A stretch of DNA of 64,000 bases. Origin: Mytilus californianus (lineage: Eukaryota). Shown in pieces: positions 1 through 12,363 of this stretch (position 1 is its first letter; every line of letters starts with the position of its first letter). A model generated the notes under the pieces. It was not told the DNA's origin and ran no database searches. It was given only the letters and a program-made list of their open reading frames with translations. The translations under genes were made by a program, and so were the position numbers. Where the stretch lies: positions 4,712,001 to 4,776,000 of the forward strand of contig NW_026262581.1 of the NCBI RefSeq assembly GCF_021869535.1, written 5' to 3'.

Positions 1-468
1 AACTTCGGATACAATTTATAAACCAGTTACCCTAAGGAACATTCAGTTAAAGTCTAGAAGTATTTGGCCCAGTAGTTTCAGAGGAGAAGATTTTTAAATG
101 TTAGCAAACATGATGAACAAATTGTGTAAAATTGTCTTTAAAGGGCAATAACTCCTTAAGGGGTCAATTGACAATTTTGGTCATTAAACTTTATTGTAGA
201 TCTTACTTTGCTGAACATTTTTGCTGTTTACAGTTTATCTTTATCTTCAATAATATTCAAGATAATATCAAAAAAATGCAAAATTTCCTTAATATTACCA
301 ATTTAGTGGCAGCAACCCAACAATGGGTTGTTCGGTTCATCTGAAAATTTCAGAGCTGATGGATCTTGACCTATTGAACAATTTTACCACCTGTCAGATT
401 TGCTCTAAATGCTTTAGTTTTTGAGCTATAAGCTCACATGGGCTGTATCAGGCCTGGTAAGCTAAAAA
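1..468 (-). mobile_element. Helentron-type non-autonomous element (HINE family C), partial, cut by the window start
   Basis: Shares core blocks (aagggcaataactcc, gatcttactttgctgaaca, ggcagcaacccaaca) with 12364-14340; ends in gctcacatggg...cctggtaagctaaaaa, a sub-terminal inverted repeat plus A-run typical of a HINE end read in reverse. Confidence 0.7.
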
Positions 469-811
469 GCAATACTGCTTAATATCCTGAAAATCATTGT
501 TATGGCATCTTTGATGAGAAAACTCTTGTCATAAATACATGAAGTAGTTTCAAAGAATTTTCATGCTTGATCTGCTGATTTTTAAAACTATAATTGCTTT
601 AACATCCACTTGGTATGGAATCTGGCAATAGTTGTCTCACTAGCAATCATACCACATCTCCTTATTTTTTAAAAGGCTGCTGTTTTTTTACCAATGTGCT
701 GTATTTTAAATGTAAATATATTTTTGTCCCGTTTTCTTACATACACTGGCATACTTTTATGCTGTTTTTGTTGCATGTTGTTTGAATGGTTTATGCATCT
801 TTATTTTTGTT

Positions 812-1624
812 CTGTTGTCTGACAATCAACCTGGCATAGACTGCTGTCTGACAATTAACCTGATATAGATTGTCTCTGAAAAATAACCTGGCATAGACTG
901 TCTGACAATTTATCTTGAATAGACAGTTGTCTGACAATTTACCTGGCATAAGCTGTTGTCTGACAATATACCAAGCATAGACTGTTGTCTGACAAATTAC
1001 CTGGCATAGACTGTTGTCTGACAATTTAACTGGCATACACTGTTGCCTGACAACTTAACTGGCATAGACTGTTGTGTGACAATTTACCTGGCAAAGACTG
1101 TTGTCTGACAATTAACCTGGCATAGACTGCTGCCCAACAATTTCCCCAGCATAGACTTGTATGACAATTTACCTGGCAAAGACTGTTGTGTGACAATTTA
1201 CCAGGCATAGACTGTTGTCTGTCAATTTACCTGGCATAGACTGTTGTCTGACAATTTATCTGGCAAAGACTGTTGTGTGACAATTAACCTGGCATAGACT
1301 GCTGCCCAACAATTTCCCCGGCATATAATTGTCTGAAACTTTACCTGGAATAGACTGTTGTGTGACAATTTACCAGGCATAGACTGTTGTCTGGCAATTT
1401 ACCTCACAAAGACTGTTGTGTGATAATTTACCAGGCATAGACTGTTTTCTGACAATTTACTTGGGATAGACTGTTGTCTGACAATTTACTTGGCATAGGC
1501 TGTTGTCTTGGCAATTTACCAGACATAGACTGTTGTCTTGTCAATTTACCTGGCATAGACTGTTGTCTGAGAATTTACTGGCGTAGACTGTTGTCTGACA
1601 ATTTACCTGGCATAGACTGTTGTG
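812..1624 (-). repeat. 29-bp minisatellite (~28 units) whose unit is the 3' end of ST7 exon 3 plus its splice donor
   Basis: Plus-strand unit gactgttgtctgacaatttacctggcata; minus-strand ACAACAGTCTATGCCAG|gtaaattgtcag. The first unit overlaps the exon (1607-1623). Confidence 0.95.
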
Positions 1625-1790
1625 TTTGCTGGTTCTGTGGTGTGTTGTTTGTGTTATTACTGTTTGTGTTTGTATTATTGTTGTCATTCTGTTGTCCATC
1701 TGTGCCACCCAACAATGGAGATATGTGATTTAGCGATACTTGTTCAATAAAGGATGTTCCATATTTCTTGAAATACCACCATTCAAATAT
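1607..1790 (-). CDS. ST7: ST7 coding exon 3 (184 nt, phase 0 to 1)
   Basis: ttctttcag|ATA...CCA G|gtaaat; translates [39 protein letters not shown]...QQSMP, matching the ST7 motif [19 protein letters not shown] plus its Asn-rich linker. Missed by the ORF track. No exon 4 found in 1-811, so the gene continues left of the window. Confidence 0.95.
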
Positions 1791-4700
1791 CTGAAAGAAT
1801 ATATTACACTATTTTCAATGCATGTATTTATTGCTGCATTTTTTTTCATTTTGCATTCTGTACTTTTAGTAGCATATCTGCATACAGCAATATTTGTGTA
1901 AATAAACATATTAACAGTAATTAACTACATGGGGAACCTAATTAACAATTATAAGTCTTGTACTGTAGAACATTGCATTCGGCCTTGGTTATTCCATCAA
2001 CAAATTAATATTGTACATCAATTACAATCAAACATGTCAAATGAGAACTTCTGTAAAATCTAATATTTATTGAAATGAAGAAAATCAGTGCATGTCTAAA
2101 TTTAGTTATTGCTAAAGGATGTGTATCTGAATTTTATACTCTCTGATAAATTTAAATAAATTGTAAAGTAACATCTTAATTTCTATTGGTGTTTTTCTTA
2201 GTCAAATATACTGTTTTCATATAAAGAGTTATTATCAAAATCATATGCCTCTGTCATAAAAAAAATTAGAAGGCTGCCCTAACTTTTTGACTACGGGCCG
2301 TCTTAGACTTGCAGTGAGGTGAGAGGATTTTTTTGCTCCATATTGAAGGCCTCACTGTGACTTTGAGAAGACGAACAGCAATAAAAGTGCTGTTCCTTTG
2401 CTTTTTGTGTATTTTTTGCTGAGCATGAACTGATTTTGTGTCATAGAAGGATACCCCATATCCTTTGCTTTTCTATTTTGTTGTTTTATGACATCCTATC
2501 AAGAGTAACCGGTAAATCATTTTTCTTTTCACACATCATCCTGAAGTCTTTCTTTTTCATGAAGGCATGTCATCACCTGCTAGGTTTAGTATAAAGTCTG
2601 CTATGATTTGATCAGACAGTTTCTGGCAAACAAGAAATTTGAAATTTGACTTAGAAGCAAGAATTTCAATTGACAATCAAGCTTTTAGCAAAACAACAAT
2701 CAAATGAGAAATTTAATAAAGAACCTTCTATGCATTTTTGCTGTCTTATTATGAAGAACACCTCAGAGTTTTTCTGAAATTCACAAACTAATTTTAGAGT
2801 TGTTAACATGTAAATTACAGAGATGTTTTACAGTGATGCATGTGACATCTCTGCTAGAAACTGGACACAAAAAATTAAACTATTTAAGGAGAAGACTCTT
2901 CGTCATCTCATTAAGGAATAGTATACTAACTAAAAGACATTAATGTTTCAGACAATAATTAGATTAAGATGATAGTAATGATGAATACAAGTAATAAGAA
3001 GCACGTCTTTGATCGTTAAATTATCCATCTCTGCATTGGTACGTAATCTATTCATAGGCTAATGGAAATACAAGAAAATTACGTGACAAATTGGATGAGG
3101 TGTAGTATTAAGGGATAATAGTCTTACTAAAATGTCAGCTCTTCCTGTGGTCTCAACGTTTATTTCATTACTGCGGGTTTTTATACCACTATAAGATGAC
3201 TCCAATTTTCTAATTACGTCATTACAAGTTTCGTCAATTAAGTCCACGAACTGATATATTTGAATTCACGTATTTGTTTAAGTGTATGAAAAATGAACTT
3301 GAGACACAATTTAAAAGAACCCGTTTTGATCCTCTTGATAAACACATCATGAATTATCTTATAAAAGGCAATTTTTCTGAAGATGGAGAACAGAGAATAA
3401 TCAATATGAAATCCAGAAGAGTGCTTACTTAAATGTGTGTTAATATGGCTGTAACTGTATCGATTGATCAACATTCTGTCCTGTGTTGTGATTACAATCG
3501 CATACAACATTTCTATTTCAATTGTTAGTTTAATTTGTCTTCCAGTTGATTAGATTCTGTTTTTCAAATGTGATTTTAATGCGGATATTTTTAACCTATT
3601 TCAAGATAAATGTACTATACATTTATGCAAAAGGGTAAAGTTCATATTGCACAATAAATAATTCTAAGCATATGTACTTTTGTTAAAGAAACAGTTTCCT
3701 TTGTATAAAAATAAGTAAATGTGGTATGATTGCCTATGAGACAACTTTCCATCAAAGACAAAATTATGTGGATGTAAGCAACTGTAGGCCACCTAAACTT
3801 TTTTCTCCTTTGTACATTTTTTCAGAATGAGCTGTAGGAGTTTGTCATGGGGACTTATACATTAGACCTATTCAAGAAAGTGCAGAAAATACAAGGAAAT
3901 TCTCAAAGTGATTTTTTATATCATTCTGAAATATCAAGTTATTTACAGTAACATTTTATTTTTCTGAAAGTCTGATAAAACTGTAAGCATTCATAAGGGA
4001 CAGTTCAATTTGGAAAAATAGAATTTGCAGACATATTATCAACATCTTCAAGATTACAATAAGGAAGAATGCAGACTAATTTCTTGTGTTTTATTCATCA
4101 AACCAGCATTTTTACATTAAAATATCAATGCATGAACAATAAGTAACCCAAGAAATATGTCTGTGAATAATTTGCAATGATCATATACAATGAGCATGAT
4201 AGACAACCATTCACAAGACGTGTGGACACATTGTTCCTACCAAATATAGTTGTTTTATTAAATTACTGACAATAACTGAAAAAATTCTTGTGATAAAAAA
4301 ACATATATTTTTATTATGGTCATTGAACCATAAAAATGAGGTCAAGGATATCGGACACTGGACCAGATGGAAACTTAAGACCCTAAGTCATAATTATTTA
4401 ATGTGGATTTTGAAACTGGTTTCAGAACTTTACTTCAGGGATTCTAATTTTGTATACTTTGTCCTGAAGACACTGATCTAATCAGTGAAACATGTGGACC
4501 AATAAAAGTTGCAGTTTACTTAAGTGTTGTTGTCAATTGAGTGGTATTTAATTTTTCAATCTGACAACCCTGCATACCATCTGGTATCCACTTAAGGGAA
4601 CTCTACCAGCACAAAATTTAGGAGGTGTTGGTTCAGCTGTTCTTTATTCTTTCTTTAATTAGTTTGAGAACATAATTTAACCCTGCTTGTTAGTGGTTGT

Positions 4701-5280
4701 CTTTAGTTATGATATTTGTCATTTAGGGGATTACATGTTGATGGCAGATGTCTCTGTTAAATTTATTCACTATACTCTGGGGGCTATTTAGAGTTTGACA
4801 TATTACAACTACAACTGTTTGTCGTTGCAGACCATATGCTGACTTCTAGATATCTTTGGGTACCTATCTCATTGACATATACATATACTATATTTCCTTT
4901 TTTTCAAACTTTATGAATAAGGGACCTAAAAAAATAAAATAAAGATAATATGATTTAAACACACTAACAGGGGCAATCTGTCAGAACTGGAATTTCTTTT
5001 GTATTGAACCAGTCCAAGGTAAATCCTACTCAAATATAAGATGGAAAACTGAAAAAAAAACTTTCTACAGATAATCCTAGTTTTCTATCCAGAATTCCCC
5101 TGGACTGTATAGATTAGTCTTCATTGTCCTCATCAACAGATTTGTAGAAAGTTTACTGGGAATCTGTAGTTTTACTTGAAGGTTCCCAGTTTCTCTATGA
5201 TTTATTGGTTGCTCTGGTGAACAACAAAGATGACTATAAAGTTTTTACCAAAGCTGAGAGCTGCTGTACTATTATATTTG

Positions 5281-5668
5281 GTACTCATACTTACCAAGAG
5301 TAACCCTGATATCAGTGAAGAGGTACCAGTTAATGCTACATAGAACTTGGGTGTCAGAGTATTCAGGAACATAGTTGGTACTGGTATTTACCAAGATTAA
5401 TCCTGATATCAGTGATGAGGTACCAGTTAATGCTACATAGAACTTGGGTGTCAGAGTATTCAGGAACATAGTTGGTACTGGTACTTACCAAGATTAATCC
5501 TGATATCAGTGATGAGGTACCAGTTAATGCTACATAGAACTTGGGTGTCAGAGTATTCAGGAACATAGTTGGTACTGGTACTTACCAAGATTAATCCTGA
5601 TATCAGTGAAGAGGTACCAGTTAATGCTACATAGAACTTGGGAGTCAGAGTATTCAGGAACATAGTTG
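5281..5668 (-). repeat. 4 x 97-bp tandem array, each unit = whole ST7 exon 2 (83 nt) + 14 nt of intron
   Basis: Exon copies at 5586-5668, 5489-5571, 5392-5474 and 5295-5377; explains the three overlapping MFLNTLTPK ORFs in the track. Confidence 0.95.
5586..5668 (-). CDS. ST7: ST7 coding exon 2 (83 nt, phase 1 to 0); the copy with the full acceptor
   Basis: cttcttttcttttttcag|CA ACT ATG TTC...ATC TTG|gtaagt; (A)[27 protein letters not shown] is the conserved ST7 segment; phase joins exon 1 and exon 3 correctly. Confidence 0.95.
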
Positions 5669-8600
5669 CTGAAAAAAGAAAAGAAGTAATTTTTCAATAA
5701 CATCCAGTTTAATCAAGAAGTTAGCCAAAAAAACAATTTATTCTTAAAAAGAGGGTGGAACATTAAAGAGTCTAGAAAGCTTGCCTTCCAAAAGAAAAAG
5801 ATTTCATGTCAAGTAGGGTAAGAAATTTAGCCTTGAAATAAGCAATTCATGGATCCCCGAAAGACTTATTGAAAAATGTTCTTTAGCTGCTGAGACCATG
5901 GGACCTTCTCACTCACACTTGGATGAATAAGTGAGGAAGTTGATACCTTCATCATATGGGTATGCTGATTTGTATATTGGGGATTTTTCTAACCAAATAA
6001 ATTGTTTGAGTATTTTTCATTTGCTACAATGTACAATGTTGCTTTATCAATTAAAATTTAAGAATAATTAAAAACAAATTTGCATACAAATAGAGTCAAA
6101 TTTTCAAAAGATTAAAGATGTTGAATACCATCTGATCCTTTGCTTTTAGTTTTGTCAATTTATTCTGTGTCATAAATAAATACGCCATATCCTTTCTTTT
6201 CCAATCAAACAACCTTTGGCATTTGGTTCCTGTAAGATTTATACATTGTATTGGCTAATGATACCTTATTTACACATGTTCAGAATGTCACATGTATTAT
6301 TTAGCAGTATAAAACCTTCAAAGGTTAAAGGTTACATGTAAAATGTCATTACTATTCATTGGACAACATTGATCTGTAATAAATTTGCTTTTTCTCAAAA
6401 TAATGTAATAAAAACTCCACCAATACAAACTTAATTTGAACCAGCAAGCAACAGTAATAATCCATGTAATGAAATATCAACATGGAAGTATTTGGTACCT
6501 TTTAAACCATCATTTGATTCAAATTAATTACACATTTGAAATATACAAAGCTGCAGCTTATATCTCATTAATCCAGCTGCAGGCTGCACTTAAATTGCTT
6601 CTAAAGCTTTTTCAAATAGATTTTAATAACTTTTTCAGGCACAAGTTAAAAGAGATTATAACTGTTTATCACTAGTATGTTTCTGATGTTTACAGCACTT
6701 TTGGATATGTTCCACTGAACAAAAAATCTTTGAAAGTTTCCCTTTACTAGCGAGTAACTTGTTAGTGAATTGAATCTTCATCTTATGATAACACTTGTCA
6801 CCATGTATCTGTATCAGTTTATTTTCTCTGATAAAGTCTATAACCTTGACTTTATATTTTTACCTACGACCTTGACCTTTCAGCTAGTCAAGTTATGAGA
6901 ACATTTTCAGTACAATTCAACTATAGCTCTTTAAAGAATTCCAAACTTATGCATTGATTACAATTATCTATATATAAATAGTGTACTGTACACAAACTTG
7001 ACCTTGACCTTACAACTAAACATTAAACATTATTACAACAACATTAATCCCATTGATGGGGAGAAAAATATCAAGTTTCAATATCCTTTAAGGGGTTAAA
7101 AAAACCTGCTTAATAAGAATGGACATGCTGTCTAGATTTTGACATTTCAGCCCTTCTCAATTATTCTAAATTTTTAGATGGAGGATGGAGAACATTTGCA
7201 GATCAATCATCATTAATATCATTCTTTGAAGTCACAAGTAATAAGTTCAAAATAACTTGCTACTACTTCGTTTAATATACAACAGGAGTGTGGAATAAAG
7301 TTATGACCTTGACTTCTGAGGCTTACATTCTTACAACCTGGGCCATTTGAAGGGGGTTAGGAGGTAAAAAAAAGGGGTAGGTCTGAGCAGCTGAGACTTC
7401 CAGTACCCAACCCTTTAAATATATTTTTGAGTATAAAAAAATACCCTATCATATATTTTCGACATAAATAGAACTATAGCTGTATTACATTATTTCACAG
7501 AGAGTTGAAATAGATTTGATCTTCTTATTTTTATATCGACAAATATCTGATGCATTGGTTTCAATCTATGACAGTGGTTTTAATCGCATCTTTGAAAAAT
7601 ACTTTCATATGATTCATGGTTATGATATAATCAGCAACCTTATACATTTTATCTAAATTTTCTAGCCCTTATCATATATTATGTAGCTTGTAATAATAAC
7701 CTATTATAGCAGCTCATCCCTCTGTATACTGCAATTCTATAATTATGAGTTTGTTTTCTGTATACTATTAACAGTTTGCTTTTCTCTATCTGTTTTTCAA
7801 TGCATACATCGTCATGGGGTGATGTACACAAGATTATGGTTTTTGTAGCGATGTTCTTTTTAATACAGGATGAAGTTTGTCACATGAGAAAACATGTCTA
7901 TCTATAAACTGGTGAAGAAGAGGATTCATACAATGATTTTTAACTTAATAGAAATTTATAAAAGTTACATTTTTGGGTTGTTTGGGTTTTGTTTTATTTA
8001 GGTGCACCTATTACCCATCCCCCAAAAAAGGAGAGACAAAACAAGAAAAAGTGGTTACTTAAACTTTGACATTGTAGGCACAAAAAGCTGATAAGATTCA
8101 AATGTATTTAATAATTAGTGACAAATCTTCACACCTTTATATTCATACAGAAAGTTGAAACTCCATGACAACTATGATGTCAATCATTGTTATTGTTGTC
8201 TCAAATTAACTAAACCTATTAAATCAGACTTTGTTCTTTCTATTCCTGGTATTGTTTATCTGCACAACACTATTAAATTTCAATACTAGATATATGAATA
8301 CCTGACTGCATAAAAGTCTTTGAACTTAAAAGGGTGTACAAAATTTACAAAATATTCATAAATAAAAATCAAATTTCTTTTCATCCTGAGCAACTTTAAC
8401 TAAGCCAATAAGCTTCTTCATGGCAATATTTTTGACTGTTGAAAAATATGACTATACATATTTCCATAGTTTCTTGTTATTTGCACTTCTTTGTAAGGGA
8501 TTATACATTAATTGCTCAAAAATTTATTTCAAGTACTATACAGTTCATTAGTTTATCTTCAATTTTCAATAGGCTCTTTAAATATTCAGAACAGAATTTC

Positions 8601-9635
8601 TTCCTCAAGGTTATATCACATCAACAGTCAGTTTTTCCTTTATAAATTTACTTAGGCATCATTTTATAACATTCTATAAATGTATCAAACGGATTAAATG
8701 ATTGATAGCTTGCTTTTCTCCCAGTTGTATATATTTCATTCATGATGATTATCATTTGGGCATCACAAATTCAATCTTAACTTTCGGAAAATTGATATTT
8801 AGACAAGTTTTCAACTATAAAGATTGTATGATAAACTTTAGCATTGAATTCACATTAAATTCCTTCCAAATTTGAAGGAATTTAAAATAAAATTAAGTAA
8901 TTTGGTAGAATCGTACAAACAGAAGCACATAAATTCTTCATTACATGTTCAGGTCATAAAAATCTCATTAAACTTTCAAGCAAAGAAAATAAAACATTCC
9001 ACTGAAGTGAATAAAACAAACTAAATGATTTGATGTTACAGAATGATAATTTCCAAAATGTTCAAACTTCAAACACATCTGACTATAGTTCAGTAATCAC
9101 TCATTACAAATCTGATGTAAGAGTTATGTAAGAAGTTTGTTTATGGGGGTTTTTTTGCTTCATTTTTTTTTAATCCTTTGTAACAATGCATATGATCCCT
9201 GCACATGTCTTACAAAGGTTTTATTTTCAAAGCAAAGAATACTTGTAAATCAAACATGATTATATTGTGAAATCATTCCAGCTACATTTTATTAATGCCA
9301 TATATTCGGAAAATTCCTGAAACACTAAAGATGCATTAATGAAGTTTCAACCAGAGATTCATGGCAATGCAGTTTTCTTGTTGGAAGAAATTTTTTTTCT
9401 TTTAAAGGGTTTAAATACATGGGAAGTTTTAAGTGATGGATTAATTCTGGGATTTAATGCATGTTTCAATGGTTCAAATGTCCCTTTATTTCAGTCTATA
9501 CAAAGGTTACCTGTGACCCTAATCTCAGACTAGTATACACATGTTATCTCAAAGCCATAGAAGTCTTTCTCTCTGCAATATATATATATATATAATTGTC
9601 CACAGCATTTATGCACAGCAAGAAAATGCTGCATA

Positions 9636-9795
9636 CAGTGGCATATCCAGGGGGCACAGAGGGTGTACACCCCCCTTTAATTGGAAAACTTATCATTTTT
9701 AGCGTAATATCGTCTAATTTTTTTTTAACAAATGGAGTTTACATTTCATTTTCAGGAATAATACCCTCCTTTCAAAAATCCTGGATCCACCCCTG
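9636..9795. mobile_element. Degenerate hAT-like MITE
   Basis: Left end cagtggcatatccagg versus right end cctggatccacccctg (imperfect inverted repeat); no clean target duplication. Confidence 0.45.
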
Positions 9796-11574
9796 GCTAA
9801 TAAACACATGATAGATGTACAACACACACTTCAGAGTCCTAATGTAGTAAAAATGGCAGTTCAAGATAATTGTGACCCTGATTCATTTTTTATTAACGAG
9901 AAACATAAAAAACAACATTTTCAGTTTGTTTTGTTAAAATAAATTAACAAAAATGTATGTACATATTAATCATTTTTATTGTTACTGATGAACAAACAAA
10001 TGATGAATGAGAAGTGGCTTAAGTTTAGCATGAAATGTCTGTCATCCTCCTCAAAACCATAGGTTACATATAAAAGGTGAAAACTAATAAATACTGTTAA
10101 AACCTATAATATGTGACAAAAATATCCAATACAATATAATGTCTTCCAATAATTATAATTTACTGTACAGAATAAACACAGAAATAATCAAATATTGATT
10201 AATAACCTCTGAAGTATAAAATATAAAAAAGTAAATGATCAACTTACAATCTAACATAGCGAAAAAATAAACAGCCTTAAAGAAGACAACAATCTCTTCC
10301 AAAGTAACTTCTATATATATACAACATCTTACAAAACCTTTTATAGATTTTTATTAACGTCACTGAGACAAAATTGTACTAAAAAGAAAACGATGCTGTC
10401 TTTGTCAGTTTAATGTCTTAAGGATTGAGGAGTTTTTGAATAAGATATTGGCCGGTAATTAGCACTTCTTGATGATCTTGACGAGAAATAAACTGTGACA
10501 ATTTTTAGACTACACTACATACTTTATAGAATCACAGACAGAATTATTGATCATGATACTGAAACTAGAGAGTCAGCAAGTTGTGTTTTTGTGTTACATC
10601 GTCAACGATACACAGCTTAATCCAGGATTAGATTTCTCAGCACCACATGACTAAACTGACATTTCTAATTTTTACAGTTCAATACAGTATTGATTAAGTA
10701 CATACTATTAAAAAAACAAAATCCAATGTAAATGATCATGAGTTTCAGAAGGACACACTCACTCGCTGCCAACAAACATACAAACCTAAAGGCTCAAAGG
10801 AGCCTGTATCTTTACGATCATTTTTTGTGTTAAGGAATCCCCTTATTTCCAAGTACACTGAGTAACTGCAGAAAGTCTCCTCTTTGAAACAATATAGATT
10901 TCTCAATCAAAGGACCAATAAAATCTAAAAATCTTAGGGAGAAGCAACAAACAACAATTGGTACAAAATTCCTCAAGAAGACTTTCCTACAAACTTTCTT
11001 AGGCTCCAATTATAAACAATGTCAAACTGAGGCAATGATGGTCATATTTGTAGCTCAATTAGAATAAATGTACCAAACCTAAGTACTGTGTGTAGCATCA
11101 TAATGTATTTATGAAAGTAGTTTCATGTTGGTATCACAAATGCTTTATACTGAATCATATTAAACCTATATCTATCATAAAGCTTAAAGACCAACATTAA
11201 TTTGTATAATATATATCTAGACCCCTTATTGTCCCTTTCTTTGAAATAAATCAGTTCAAATAGAATCACTTTACCAAATACTTTTATAAAAGGCCTTTAA
11301 AGTAAAGGGCCATTGGATTAACTTTTAAGAGGATCTCAATACATATTCTTTGAATGGCATATTGGAATAAAATCTCTTTATGAGCAAATCTGATATTTTT
11401 TACATGAATTGAGCAGTAAAAGTTTGATTCTCAAAATAAAAAAGAATATGTAGAGAGTTTTAAATGCAAAAAAAGTTTCTCTGGACTGTCAAAAAACCTT
11501 ACTCAAGTATGATTGTTAAAAAAATGAGAGAAGTTTTTCCATTTCTTGTATCCTGTTATAAAGGATAAGAGACC

Positions 11575-11787
11575 ACTGTTGATTCATTTATTTTTGTGGC
11601 TTACTATTTTCATAGATTAAGCAAAAACTGTCTTTTCATGGATATTTGATTTTGTGGTTTTACCAAAGTCTGCATATGCATGCCTATAGAAAATGTGTAC
11701 TTCCTTGAACATTAAATTCTTGGTTTACCAATATTCTCCAAATCCATGAAGATTGGTATCCCACAAATAGTGATGATACCATAGTAT
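11575..11787. mobile_element. MITE of a Tc1/mariner-like, TA-ended family, degenerate copy
   Basis: actgttgattcatttatttt...gataccatagta; similar to 24808-25019 and 58597-58767. Confidence 0.55.
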
Positions 11788-12193
11788 CATATCGAAAAAA
11801 ATGGAAGTCATGGGACAAAATGTTTAAAGATCAGATTTCATTTATGCAAAAGTCAGGCTAGACATTAGCTCTGTTTGGACAGAAATATACAATCCTTCAT
11901 TTGATAGCTAACACCATCCCCAATAACCTTATAGAACAATCCTCTCATGCTATTTTTATCATCTTTTTATTCACTCAGTATTAGAAAACATCATTATTAC
12001 TATTGACAGAATATTAGAAAGCTACAAAACAAAGTTCTTTAAAGCCATTATTTTCCAGTGACTTCCTGAAGTTGTCTTGCTTCCTTGATGCTTGTTAATT
12101 ATATTTGGAAAAACAACATTATAACAAAGCTCTAATTGGAACCTACGTTCATGATCAATATCTAATTAAAACTGAATTGTGTTTAAGTTACAT

Positions 12194-12360
12194 CTGCCTA
12201 GAAATATGTAATACGATTGCACGTCTATATGGTCAGTATCAGACAATATTGTCTTCCCACGTACACAGAGGAACATTTAGGGCTGCCTACAAATATGTAA
12301 TACCATTTCACATCTATATGGTCAGTATCAGACAATATTGTCTTCCAACATGCACAGGGC
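12194..12360. repeat. Diverged tandem duplication, 2 x ~89 bp
   Basis: The block tctatatggtcagtatcagacaatattgtcttcc and its flanks occur twice in tandem. Confidence 0.8.
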
Positions 12361-12363
12361 TTT

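Noticed and set aside
812-1624. CRISPR-like regular short repeats
   Set aside because: Units are contiguous with no unique spacers, there are no cas genes and the context is eukaryotic; it is a minisatellite. ORFs 791-1036, 1026-1208 and 1474-1728 are repeat read-throughs or antisense to exon 3.
5272-5663. Three overlapping 65-67 aa ORFs as separate small genes
   Set aside because: They are read-throughs of the tandem ST7 exon 2 copies; only the first 26 residues are real ST7 sequence.
9636-9795. Third 5-bp-TSD hAT-like element
   Set aside because: Flanks (gctgcata / gctaataa) give no convincing 5- or 8-bp duplication, so it was not counted.
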